A stretch of DNA of 64,000 nt from Nitrosopumilus sp. (GTDB lineage Archaea; Thermoproteota; Nitrososphaeria; Nitrososphaerales; Nitrosopumilaceae). The notes beneath the pieces were generated by a model, which ran no database searches, was not told where the DNA came from, and saw only the letters and a program-made list of their open reading frames with translations. Where the stretch lies: the NCBI GenBank assembly GCA_965207075.1, contig CBDBLO010000002.1:672001-736000 (forward strand), written 5' to 3'. Position numbers and translations under genes: made by a program. Numbering within the stretch: the first letter of the stretch is position 1; every line of letters begins with the position of its first letter. Below are positions 19,546-29,560 of the stretch, piece after piece.

Positions 19546-20598
19546 TCACAGCGATCTTACGGTCTTCACCAGCGCGTCGTAGGGATCCTCCATCGTGTCC
19601 AGGAACCTCTTCACCCTTGCCCGCCTCTTTTCAGCGTCCTCCGCAGCCACCCTCCTCACCGCCCCGGGTATCTTTCGCGGGTCGGTGCACCTCCTCACCA
19701 GTCCCTTCCTCACTAGGTACTTTTCGTCCGCGTTGGGTATGCCCTCGTACGATATGGTCGGCAGGCCCCTCATGGCGGCCTCCGACGTCATGGTGCCTCC
19801 CGACCCCACGAACACGTCCGTAACCGAGAATATCGACTCGCTGTCCACCACGCTGTCAAGCACCGTGGCCCTTCCGGCGAGCTCGCGCCTGATCTCCTTG
19901 ATCTGCTCCGTGTACCTTCCCAGCACGACCACGTTGTACTCGGGCAGCCCGTCTATCATGGCCCTTATCGCGCCGGCCGTGTCAAACGTCACGCCGCTCG
20001 CGTACGCCGCCTGGTTCTCGTACGGCCGGAACAGGACGGTCTTCTTGTTCTTTGCCAGCCGTATCCTGGGCCGGCGCGGGCTGCCCGACGAGTTTCTCAC
20101 GATCACGGACTCGTCCATCGCGTCATACTGCACGATGTCCGAGCGCGGTATACCAAACATTGCAAACCTGCTCTTCGGCATGTGCCTTGGTATCAGGAGC
20201 TTGTCCAGCAGCGGCACCGAGAGCCGCATCATGGCGGCGTAGTGCGCCACGTTGCTGAACGCCACGTGCCTGATCCCGAGCCCGAACGCCACCCTAGAGG
20301 CCTCCGGCGAGCAAAAGCTGACCGCAAGGTCAGGCCCGAACCTGTTGACCACTCCGGTCAGGTCCTCAACCCTCTGCGCGGACGCGCGCAACTTGCCGAT
20401 CAGGCTGCCGCCACCGTGTCTCCCCACCAGTTTCATGCGCATGCCGCGTACCTTGGCCAGTCCGACCGCCTCCCTGTAGTCCCTGGTGGTCAGCATGACT
20501 TGGTTTTTCTCCGACAGCCTCCTTACCATCGGCTCAAAGAACAGCACGTCCTTTGGCGTGATTATGTCAAACCACACCTTGATGCCCGATGTCTTCAA
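19546..20598 (-). CDS. DUF354 family GT-B fold protein
   Basis: KVWFDIITPK, VGRHGG, GSGGTMTSEAA. TTG start overlaps the upstream stop. Confidence 0.85.
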   Translation of the reverse strand: MKTSGIKVWFDIITPKDVLFFEPMVRRLSEKNQVMLTTRDYREAVGLAKVRGMRMKLVGRHGGGSLIGKLRASAQRVEDLTGVVNRFGPDLAVSFCSPEASRVAFGLGIRHVAFSNVAHYAAMMRLSVPLLDKLLIPRHMPKSRFAMFGIPRSDIVQYDAMDESVIVRNSSGSPRRPRIRLAKNKKTVLFRPYENQAAYASGVTFDTAGAIRAMIDGLPEYNVVVLGRYTEQIKEIRRELAGRATVLDSVVDSESIFSVTDVFVGSGGTMTSEAAMRGLPTISYEGIPNADEKYLVRKGLVRRCTDPRKIPGAVRRVAAEDAEKRRARVKRFLDTMEDPYDALVKTVRSL

Positions 20599-21251
20599 CG
20601 AAAGGATCCTCCCTCCTTTTTGGCGCTGCGCCCCGTAAACTTCCACGCCAGCATGTTGGCACTGCTCTCGTCGGCCCTGCCTATGGTGTCGACTTTGTAT
20701 CCCCTCCCCTCCATGAACGGGGGGTACAGGTGCGAGAGGTGCTCCTCGTACGGGTTGCCGTACTCGGCCCCCTGCCTGTACACGCCGTAGGGACAGCCCA
20801 GGACCACCACCTTGGATGCCGCCTCTAGGTTCTCTAGCACTCCTCCGATCTCCGCCTCCCTCAGGTGCTCGGGGCCGTGCCAGAAGAACGACACGTCGAA
20901 CCTGCCCGGTATGCTCCCGGGATCCCGGATGTCCCCGTGCACGATCTCGAGCGCCGGCGTCCATCCGTCCGTGTCGGCCCTCAGGCAGTCCGCGTTCTCT
21001 CTGAAGGCCTCCAGTATGACTATCCTGTCGTATTCGGCCTTTTCGAACCAGTCCAAAAAGTACTGCCTCCTCTTGTTGGCCCCTATGTACAGGACAGATC
21101 GGTACGCGTCGCTCTCAAATATTTCAGCCAGGTTTTTTAGCATCTGCTCGCACTCGGCGGCCGGCGGTTGGCGCCTGTGCAGGCCAAAGTAGTGATCCGG
21201 CAGACTCTCGTGTGTCAATGCGTCACCCTTGCACGGGCTGGCACCACACAT
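20595..21251 (-). CDS. Class I SAM-methyltransferase-like protein
   Basis: SVLYIGA, IVHGDIRD, FDVSFFWHGPEHL, NPYEEHLS. Confidence 0.7.
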   Translation of the reverse strand: MCGASPCKGDALTHESLPDHYFGLHRRQPPAAECEQMLKNLAEIFESDAYRSVLYIGANKRRQYFLDWFEKAEYDRIVILEAFRENADCLRADTDGWTPALEIVHGDIRDPGSIPGRFDVSFFWHGPEHLREAEIGGVLENLEAASKVVVLGCPYGVYRQGAEYGNPYEEHLSHLYPPFMEGRGYKVDTIGRADESSANMLAWKFTGRSAKKEGGSFR

Positions 21252-21322
21252 GAGACGGGCGAGCCCCGCGGCAGTTTAAAGTGTTTGCCGCGAGTCAATT
21301 TTTGAACCACCTCGGTGTCGGG

Positions 21323-23821
21323 CTAGGGTGGCGTCACGGCCGACGTCCCGTTCTGGGATTCCGCATCATCGTCCGGCACGACATCGGGCCGCGCGGTTGT
21401 TGGCTCCTCGGACGGCGCAGTCGCGCCGACCGGATCCGCTATTGGAAGGACGCCGCCTTCGCTAGCGGGATTATACTCGTCATTCACCTCGTAGATGAAG
21501 ACGCCGATCATGGGGCCCGGGGACTCTGCTTCAAACGACGGCGAGGAGTACGCCAGCCTGAACGGCCCGTCCCCGTCGGCGGGATACTTGACGTCCTTTG
21601 CGTATATGGCGACTGCCCCCGGCACGTACGTCGGGAACTGCTGCGCGGGGTTGTTCGGGTTCACGTACGTGGCCAGGCTGAACGGGAACAGGTGGGCCAC
21701 CGCGGTGCTGTCCCAAAAGTATTCCGTGCCGCTCATCCCGTCCATGTGCAGGTACAGGTTGGGGTCGTGGCCGCCTATCCGTATGAACCACTGTTTTTTG
21801 GACTCGTCGCCGCCGTGCTGCAGCGAGTAGAGCGGGACGGGGGACTCGCTTTGCAGGAGCTGGCCCGCCACGAAGACCAGCACGTAGTCGGCGCCCAGGT
21901 CGCGCAGGTCGTGCCACGCGTCGTCGGGTGCGCTGATGAACATGTCTGCCAGCATCTCGATGCGCGTGTGGTTGCCGGTCCAGTTGTCCGCAAGCGACGC
22001 CCTTTCGCCGACCGTGCTTATCCAGTATCCGTAGTCCCACCAGGACGCGATGACGGCGTCGGGGTGTGTGCTGTTCTTTATCCACGCCAGCGCGTCGGTC
22101 CAGTCGTCTGTGGGCGTCCCGAACGACGCGCCACCCGTCAGTATGGTCGGCGGCGTGTCGGTGATCGTAAAGACGTCGGACGCGCCGCTTCCAGAGTATA
22201 TCAGGGGCAGGAGCAGCAGCGCCGTTATGCCTGCCACGTACGGCATGCTCAGGATGCCGGGAACCGGCCGCCTGCCGCCCTGGCGGCCGCCACCGCGGCG
22301 CGGCGGCGGTATGCGCACGGCGCGGTGCTGGGCGCGCGCGGACAGCGGCTTTGGACCGCCGGAGGTTCTGATCTGGGCCGTATCGCCCTGCGGCTTTGCC
22401 ACATCGTCAGACGGTTTGTTGCCGCCGCCCGTCTGGACGCGATCACCTCGAGCCGCATGGGATCCGGCCGCGTCATAATCACCGCCGTGCATTCCCGTGC
22501 CGCCCCTCCCAAGGAACTCCCGCGAGAGCATGCCAAGCCCTAGCGACGCCATTATAATGACGGACACTGCTGCAAACACCTCCAGCCGGACATACGACGA
22601 GCTGATGTACACGCCCGTCATGCCGATCATGAGTGCAAACGCGAGCATGTCAGGCCTGATGTAGACCCTGTCCTGCTTGTACCTTGCAAGCGCCCTTATG
22701 ACGAGCCATATTCCGATTCCCGCGAATATCATGAACACCGTATGGAACAGGAACGACTGCTGGAGGGTGGTGGTGGCGTGCTCGGCCACGGACTCGACGA
22801 GCGGAATCTCCGTCGTCATGAACGGGTTGAGCGCGTTGAGGTACCTGTAGCTTGGCAGGCCCACCGTATTGCTCTCGGCTAGTACTATGCCCCCTACTGG
22901 CAGCACCGCAAGCACGGCCGCCAAAAATATCAGCCCGTTCCGGGTCTTGTGCCGCGCGCTCTTTTTCTGTATGAATATGCAGGCGACGAGGAACCCTGCC
23001 GATACGGCCAGCGCGAGTATAGAGAAGGGCGTGGACGCGATGCCCCTCTCGAATAGGAGGGAGGTGGCCAACACAGACGCCGCGAAGAGCGGGACCGCCC
23101 ACAGCAGAAAGTTGTGGTCCCTGCGCAGAAACGGGAGCGCCAGGAACAGGACGCCTATCGTTATTATGAGAAACTGGTTTCCGCCCCATGCGGACACGGA
23201 CGAGGATACGAGGAGCCCCGCGGCTATCATCCTTGCCGCCGCCGTCCCCCTGCTAGCAGAGTACAGCCCGCTTACGAACAGGTATGCGGCCGTTATGCTC
23301 AGAAACAGCCCAAACGGCTCGGACTTGAACCACCCTATGGGGGATCTCACCAGTATGGGCAGCGACACGGAGTACAGCATGGCCGCGAAAAGCCCTGCCG
23401 AGGTGCCGCCCATGACGCGCACCAGCGCAAAGATGGACACCGCGGTCAGCGCCCCGAATATGGTCGGGAACAGTATGGTATAGTCGTACAGGGGCATGCC
23501 GCCGCCGAACATCTGGTACGTGACGGCGGCCGCCATGTGCAGGGCCACCTGTGACGAGGCGGATACGTCCCTGCCGTTGGGATACCAGCTCATGGTGTCA
23601 TGCCACTCGTAGTAGGCGGGTATGCCGTTCTCTACCATGTAGAGCGTTGCCCTGTAGTTGAAGAACGGGTCGAACTCGTTGAGCTCGAATCCGTACTGGG
23701 CCGGCTGGGCCCTTATCAGGAACGCGACGGCGACGGCCGCGGCAAGTATGGCTATGACCATCAGGTGCCTGTACCGGAGCGTGTGATTCCCCACGGATGC
23801 CAGTATTGTGTTGCCGTTCAA
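21323..23821 (-). CDS. aglB: STT3-family oligosaccharyltransferase AglB
   Basis: EFDPFFNYR, multiple TMs, SVAEH, WWDYG, DNWT. Confidence 0.95.
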   Translation of the reverse strand: MNGNTILASVGNHTLRYRHLMVIAILAAAVAVAFLIRAQPAQYGFELNEFDPFFNYRATLYMVENGIPAYYEWHDTMSWYPNGRDVSASSQVALHMAAAVTYQMFGGGMPLYDYTILFPTIFGALTAVSIFALVRVMGGTSAGLFAAMLYSVSLPILVRSPIGWFKSEPFGLFLSITAAYLFVSGLYSASRGTAAARMIAAGLLVSSSVSAWGGNQFLIITIGVLFLALPFLRRDHNFLLWAVPLFAASVLATSLLFERGIASTPFSILALAVSAGFLVACIFIQKKSARHKTRNGLIFLAAVLAVLPVGGIVLAESNTVGLPSYRYLNALNPFMTTEIPLVESVAEHATTTLQQSFLFHTVFMIFAGIGIWLVIRALARYKQDRVYIRPDMLAFALMIGMTGVYISSSYVRLEVFAAVSVIIMASLGLGMLSREFLGRGGTGMHGGDYDAAGSHAARGDRVQTGGGNKPSDDVAKPQGDTAQIRTSGGPKPLSARAQHRAVRIPPPRRGGGRQGGRRPVPGILSMPYVAGITALLLLPLIYSGSGASDVFTITDTPPTILTGGASFGTPTDDWTDALAWIKNSTHPDAVIASWWDYGYWISTVGERASLADNWTGNHTRIEMLADMFISAPDDAWHDLRDLGADYVLVFVAGQLLQSESPVPLYSLQHGGDESKKQWFIRIGGHDPNLYLHMDGMSGTEYFWDSTAVAHLFPFSLATYVNPNNPAQQFPTYVPGAVAIYAKDVKYPADGDGPFRLAYSSPSFEAESPGPMIGVFIYEVNDEYNPASEGGVLPIADPVGATAPSEEPTTARPDVVPDDDAESQNGTSAVTPP

Positions 23822-23917
23822 CGACTGACACGCTTACCGGTGCGAATATTACTTTTGTTATGTGTACAAGCGACAGGGCATGGTACCACTTTATACGATG
23901 TGTAATCAACACCGTGT

Positions 23918-24832
23918 ATGGCGCGGGGTTATCCCATACACGACGTGCGGAGGCGACTCATCGAGGCGCTGGGGGATGCGGACACCAAGGGGGGCATGTC
24001 CGGCGTGGAGCTGGCCAAAGCCCTTGGAATGAGCCGCACCACCGCATCCAAGTATCTCAGGATACTTGCAGCAGATGGCACCCTGGACCGGAGGGAGGTG
24101 GGCAACGTCACACTGTGGTCGCTGCGTCCCGGGCAGGAGTCCTTTGCGTTTCCAGACGATTACTTTAGGGCCGCGTCCGCATACATGGAGTGCATCAGGA
24201 ATGCGTCAGAGTCGGGGGCCGTGCAGGTGGTCCGCAACTGCATCAGGTCGGGGGCTTCCCCCGCGAGCTTGGTACTGGACGTGGTGCTGCCCGCGTCAGA
24301 CGCCATACACGACCTGTACGAGACGGGCAAGATCGGGACGGCCGAGCAGAATTACTTGGGCGGCATAATCTCACGCTCCCTGCATGCAATAGAGGGCCAC
24401 GGCGCGGGCGTGCGCGCAGGCCGGGAGAAGGGAAAGAGCGTGCTTGTGATCGCGGCCGATTCGCGCAGCGGGCCCGTGTCGCACGCGGCCTGCTCGATAT
24501 ACCGCTCCGGCGGGTGGACCGTCTTTGAGCTCGGGGACATGTCGGCGGCCGCCGGCGTGCTGTTTGACCTTGACTTTGAGAGGCTGGCCGGCAAGGTGTG
24601 GACTCCAAGGGACGGGCCGCTCGTAACTGCCGTATTCTCCAGCACGGCCGAGGGGCTGAACTTTTTTGCAGACAGCATATATCCCGTGTCCAGACGGTCA
24701 AGGCGCATGCACTTGCTGCTGTGCGGCCGCGGGCTGGCCGAGCCCGTGTCCGGCATGAAGTCGTGCGACTATTACATAGACGGGGATGTATCCAAGGTGA
24801 TCCAGATATCTGACGCTATATCTGCAAGGTGA
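23918..24832 (+). CDS. HTH regulator with cobalamin-binding-like domain
   Basis: SGVELAKALGMSRTTASKYL, plus the B12 cap-like LYETGKIGTAEQ. Confidence 0.8.
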   Translation: MARGYPIHDVRRRLIEALGDADTKGGMSGVELAKALGMSRTTASKYLRILAADGTLDRREVGNVTLWSLRPGQESFAFPDDYFRAASAYMECIRNASESGAVQVVRNCIRSGASPASLVLDVVLPASDAIHDLYETGKIGTAEQNYLGGIISRSLHAIEGHGAGVRAGREKGKSVLVIAADSRSGPVSHAACSIYRSGGWTVFELGDMSAAAGVLFDLDFERLAGKVWTPRDGPLVTAVFSSTAEGLNFFADSIYPVSRRSRRMHLLLCGRGLAEPVSGMKSCDYYIDGDVSKVIQISDAISAR

Positions 24833-25110
24833 CCGCGTATCTAAAAACCGAAAGATGGGCCTGATTATGACATGAAGGTTCTTGTAGACGGTTTCAGGCC
24901 CAGAGCAGCCTAGAACCCCACGCAATCATGCATGGCCGCGCGAGTCACGGTTTGAACACAATCGCCACCGGTGTCACTCGACGAGGGCTCTTGGCATTCT
25001 GCTGTATGCCAAGCATGCCCAAACCACACGTCGCGATCATGTCTCGTTCTTATCTTGTAGAAGAACCGAAACGTCGTGATCTTTTTATGCCTATCACGGG
25101 TATTGCTGAC

Positions 25111-25599
25111 ATGAAAGCGGCTAGGAGGGGCTTTCGAACCCTGTTCTACTTTAGAACGGGATACGCCACATACCTAATCATACTGCTGGGGGCAGTCAAC
25201 GTCCTGACGTCCACCTACTTTCTGGCCATAGATGAGGTGCCGCTTATCAAGGAGATCTTTCCCACGTTTGAGATCTACGTCATAACGGCGGTGCTGGTGG
25301 CGATTCCCGTGGTTACGGTCGTCGGATACGCCCACTACAAGAGGATAGGCGCGCACTCTGCCGCCATGGCAATTAACATGCAGAACAACATATTCAACTA
25401 CAAGTTCCAGCCCGGGTTCACCCGGGAGGTGTTCGGGCCTGCCTACAAGATGATCCTGAGGTCCGTCCTCAAGCGCTCCATCTCCGAGAATCTTACAGAC
25501 GAGGAGATCGGAGAGATTGACCGACTCCGGGAGCGCCTCCGGCATCTGATCGATGGGGGGAGCGTGGGTTCGTATGCGAGGGGAGTGATAGACGATTGA
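25111..25599 (+). CDS. Conserved 2-TM membrane protein
   Basis: FRTLFYFRTGYATY. Tandem paralog of the next gene. Confidence 0.75.
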   Translation: MKAARRGFRTLFYFRTGYATYLIILLGAVNVLTSTYFLAIDEVPLIKEIFPTFEIYVITAVLVAIPVVTVVGYAHYKRIGAHSAAMAINMQNNIFNYKFQPGFTREVFGPAYKMILRSVLKRSISENLTDEEIGEIDRLRERLRHLIDGGSVGSYARGVIDD

Positions 25600-26153
25600 G
25601 CAAAGATGGCGGGAACGGCGCCGGCAGCGATGGCCTGCGCAGCAACGAGGTGCGCGACGGCAGCCACAGCTCCAAGCGGTCGGTGACCTTCCGCTCTTGG
25701 TTCTACTTCCGGACCGGATATTCGGAGTATTTTGTATTTATATTCGGCGCGGCCAACACACTCACCCTGACGTACTATCTGGCGGTGGACAACTATCCGG
25801 CCCTGCAGTCCGTATTCTCGAGCTTTACGCTGTACATTGCACTCGTAACCCTAGCTGGGTTCCCGATTCTGATACTGGCCGGCTACCTGCACATGCGCCG
25901 CACGAGCGCGTTCCGCTCCCAGGTCGAGATAAACGTCGAGAGCAATCCGTACATGTACAAGCTTCCGCCCGGCGTGCACCAGGAAGTGTTGGCGCCGCTG
26001 CTTTACGAGGTTCTGGGCGCGCTCAAAAAGGCCGACGCGGGGGAGAGGCTGACCCCCGACGAGGTCAAGGCCATGAGGAACCTGGACGAAAAGCTCGAGT
26101 TTCTGGCGGGCGGAGGCATACTGAGGAGGCCGGAGAACTTTGGCGGGCTGTAA
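25596..26153 (+). CDS. Conserved 2-TM membrane protein (paralog)
   Basis: FRSWFYFRTGYSEY, NPYMYKLPPG. Confidence 0.75.
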   Translation: MSKDGGNGAGSDGLRSNEVRDGSHSSKRSVTFRSWFYFRTGYSEYFVFIFGAANTLTLTYYLAVDNYPALQSVFSSFTLYIALVTLAGFPILILAGYLHMRRTSAFRSQVEINVESNPYMYKLPPGVHQEVLAPLLYEVLGALKKADAGERLTPDEVKAMRNLDEKLEFLAGGGILRRPENFGGL

Positions 26154-26686
26154 CGGCAGCACCGGTAGCAACCGCAGCCTCAGAGTTAATTCTGTGGGCC
26201 AGTACATGGGGATGTAGATTCCCCCCGACATGGGGATAACGGGGCTTTTCAGGAGGCGGGGGAGGAGAGGTAGATACGACCGTGGACTTGTGACACGGGG
26301 AGAGAATCCGTCTTGGCGCCGTGCGTTGGGAGATCACGGTGCCTTCCTGTTGCCCGATCGATACGCGTGGGAGTTGTTTGGTGCGATTGTGCCGACGTAC
26401 GGATCTATCACGTCTCTGAAGTCGTCCTCTCCGGGGAATAGCACCGTGCGCATGGCCGCAAACGCCTTGATCTCCGCGCCGGGGTATGCATCGTGGATCT
26501 TATGGTATGCTGCAAGGAATGTCGTCCCCCGCGTAACCACGTCGTCGATTAGCAGTATGCAGGGCGGCTCCGTAAACAGGTACCTCATTTCAAGGGAATC
26601 GCAGTGCTCTTTGACTGTCGGCCGCTGACCTTGGGCGCTAATGGATGCCTTTTGCATCGGTGCTGTGCGCAAAAGGCACGGCACTA

Positions 26687-27790
26687 TAGCTAGAAGCAAA
26701 AGTCCTTGAGGGATCAAACTTGTCAAACAGAAACAGATTTTGATCCCCCTGTATCACGCACGGCATGGCAACAGTAGGACCGGAGGACCTGAGGAAAGCG
26801 TACAGGAAGGAAAGAGACCCACGGGTCAAGATCAGGATGGCTGCGGTAAACATGGTATGCATGAACAACGAGAGCATACAGCATACGGCGGACTCGCTCA
26901 TGCAGTGTCCCAACTGGGTCTCCATGTGGGTCGAACGCTTCAAGGAGGGCGGCATAGTCGCCCTCCGGGACCTCCCAAGGCCTGGCAGGCCGCCCAAGGT
27001 GGAGCGCAGTGAGATGGAACGTATAATGCGCGGGGCATCCGGGTCAAGGACCACCGCCACCGCGCTGCAGCAGGACATACGTCAAAAGACGGGAGCCTTG
27101 TTCCACATCACGTACGTCAGGAAGCTCATGCACAGGTACGGCCTGACCCCCAAGGCCGCCACCGCGATACACGTCAACCGCGCGGGCAGCAGGGCCGTGA
27201 ACGCGTGGCGGTACCGCGCAAAAAGGCGCATTTCACGCCTGAAAACGGCCGGGTTTACGATACTGGCAGAGGACGAGTCCTTCTTCATCCATGACACCAA
27301 GTCCGGGCGCAAATACTGGTCCCCTGCGGGGACAAGGATAACCGTCCCGTACACTGGAAGCCACAAAAAAGTGACGGTATACGGGGCCGTCACCGACGGC
27401 GGGAAGCGGTTCTTCAGGGTGTACGACACCGGGTTCAACACGGAGACGTTCATCCGGTACGTCGTGGAAATGAACAGGCGGTTCGGCAAAATAGTCGTGG
27501 TTCTGGACAAGGCGTCACCGCACTGCTCCAAGGCCCTGAAGCAGAGATTCGGGCGCGACAGGGACGTCAGGTTCGTCTACCTGCCGCGCGGATCGCCGTA
27601 CCTCAACATGATCGAGGAGTACTGGCGGCAGGCAAAGCACCGCCTGCTGGTATCAGAATACTATCCGACGTTTTCCGACATGAGAAGGGCCGTATCCGAA
27701 TACTTCAGGACATCGAGGCTCAGCCTTGACATGTACGCGTACCTTGACAGGTGGTCAGCACCAATACTCAAGAACTTTTGATCTTAGCTA
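26687..27790 (+). mobile_element. IS630-family insertion sequence
   Basis: TIRs TAGCTAGAAGCAAAAGTCCTTGAG and (reverse complement) TAGCTAAGATCAAAAGTTCTTGAG, with a TA duplication. Confidence 0.92.
26765..27781 (+). CDS. IS630 transposase (intact)
   Basis: RPGRPPK, AEDES, LDKASPH, SPYLNMIEEYW. Confidence 0.93.
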   Translation: MATVGPEDLRKAYRKERDPRVKIRMAAVNMVCMNNESIQHTADSLMQCPNWVSMWVERFKEGGIVALRDLPRPGRPPKVERSEMERIMRGASGSRTTATALQQDIRQKTGALFHITYVRKLMHRYGLTPKAATAIHVNRAGSRAVNAWRYRAKRRISRLKTAGFTILAEDESFFIHDTKSGRKYWSPAGTRITVPYTGSHKKVTVYGAVTDGGKRFFRVYDTGFNTETFIRYVVEMNRRFGKIVVVLDKASPHCSKALKQRFGRDRDVRFVYLPRGSPYLNMIEEYWRQAKHRLLVSEYYPTFSDMRRAVSEYFRTSRLSLDMYAYLDRWSAPILKNF

Positions 27791-28166
27791 TACATCCTTC
27801 CCCAAACCCGCCATCTTTAGCTCGTTTGCCAGGACGTGCGGAACCCACAATGTGTCGGATCTGGTACGTTTGGAATCCGGAACTGGGACAAGAACGGTAT
27901 CTCTGGAAAAAAATTCGGAGAACGTACCAGAACCTGCACACTGCTTGGCAACGAGCTGGGCGAGGGAATACTGTCCACTCGGTGGGATCCGGTTCTGTTT
28001 TAATGCAATCATGTACTCGTGTGCCTGAGAAAGCTTGTCCGGATCTGTTCCCGCGTTCCCTTCATTCCACCGACGTTTTGGAAGATAGGATAACAGCGAG
28101 GCAAACTTAACGGCCGTTAATGGCATGCAGGACACCTTGCTTGTGGGGGATCTATGGGATGGAGGG

Positions 28167-28838
28167 TCATCCAAACACGTCTATCAGCTTGATGTTATGT
28201 GGCACAACGTCTAGTATGTCCTCGTAATTCTCAAGCGTGATTGCGCCGTAATCCTCCATCTCTTCCAGCCATTTCGGTCGCCGCCTTGCTACGGGCCCGC
28301 ACACAAACAGAGGCCTCTTCATCCTGATGGCCTCCCATCCCTGGTGTCTGGTTCCGCTGTCCTCGCCCGCCTCGACTATCACGCTGGCATCCGATATCAG
28401 CGCCATGGTACGGTTCCTCATGACAAAGTTTTTCTTGGTGACTGGGCGCTCGCCGGAAAACTGAGATACGACCAGATGGCGGTCTGCAATACGCGCCTGC
28501 AGATCCCGGTTTGACGCCGGATATGTAACGTTCAGCGGGGTACCAAGTACTGCCACAGTCCGGCCCCCATACTCGATGGTACTTTTGTGCGATGCGGCAT
28601 CTATCCCCGCGGCAAGGCCGCTTACCACGGTGGCGTCGTTGTCCACGAGCATCTTGGTTAGAGCTTGGGCTTCTTTGACACCCTCGCCGGTGGGGCGCCT
28701 TGTACCCACTACTGAGATCCTTGGTGGCGAGAGCGGGATGTCCATGGGCCCCTGCACGTAAACCCTGCCGGGAGAGTTCTTCTCTTCTGTCCCGTTGAGC
28801 GGCCTCCCGATCAAGTCTTCAATTGTAACTGTACGCAT
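28167..28838 (-). CDS. dprA: DprA/Smf-like Rossmann-fold protein
   Basis: ISVVGTR, VSGLAAGID, FVMRNRTMA, VEAGEDSGT. Short form, adjacent to the PRTase. Confidence 0.9.
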   Translation of the reverse strand: MRTVTIEDLIGRPLNGTEEKNSPGRVYVQGPMDIPLSPPRISVVGTRRPTGEGVKEAQALTKMLVDNDATVVSGLAAGIDAASHKSTIEYGGRTVAVLGTPLNVTYPASNRDLQARIADRHLVVSQFSGERPVTKKNFVMRNRTMALISDASVIVEAGEDSGTRHQGWEAIRMKRPLFVCGPVARRRPKWLEEMEDYGAITLENYEDILDVVPHNIKLIDVFG

Positions 28839-29560
28839 GTCTCTCTTTGGGACACATAATGTATTAAATTTTTGACAGCAGATTCCTGTGCATTATGGGG
28901 CATCTGCGCGTCATGTGACTGTGTTTGCTTTTTTCGTCCGTGTTTTGAGCGTAACGGTGAGGGACTGGGTGGAGGCGATGGAGCAAGGTGGAGGGACTGA
29001 CGAAACCGGCGCCAGGGCGCGTGCTGCGACGGATCGGGCGTTTTTTTTGCATCTTGCGCACGCCATGGGGGGATAGGTCCTATGTGGTGACGGATGCGGC
29101 CTGCCTGGCGCCAAATTTCCAATTTCCAGCCGCGTGTGCGGGATTTGTCTGCCGCATTGCTAGGGGGGCGCCACTGCTCAGGCGGCCCAACCCGTTCTGC
29201 AGCAGGGTGGGAGTGACGCCCCACGGGCTGGCAAGCGCCGGCGGGATCTGGCACTTGATGTCCGGCGGCAGGTTCCTGATCAGGCGCAAGGCGGCGCCCG
29301 CGTGAGGGCCCTGTCTGCCGGGCATGCTGGGCCTGTCGTCCGGTTCCGATTCCATCGTGGTCCGCCGTCTGGCAACTGCGGCCCCCCGTGGTGCGGCGCA
29401 AGAATCCCTGCTGCCGCAGGGCCGGCAGGCGGGCCCTGCCCTTGAAGGCGGCGGGCCGGCGCCTTGACAGGCGGCGGTGGCCTTCGATGGGCCGCCGGCA
29501 TCGTTCCCTGGGGGGATCGACGTCGTAGACGTTATTAACTAATTTTTTCATCAGGCGTAG

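Larger units (their letters stand above)
26334..28126 (-). pseudogene. Phosphoribosyltransferase (ComF-like) split by IS630
   Basis: N-part 27791-28126 (LVPVPDS) and C-part 26334-26686 (LLIDDVVTRGTT). Removing the IS gives in-frame GKDV-VPCLLRT. Confidence 0.88.

Noticed and set aside
24850-24880. ATGGGCCTGAT as a fourth att-like core
   Set aside because: The match is short and lacks the 60-bp arm shared by the three real copies.
28860-29550. Several overlapping ORFs
   Set aside because: GC-rich intergenic sequence with no recognisable motifs or consistent coding frame.
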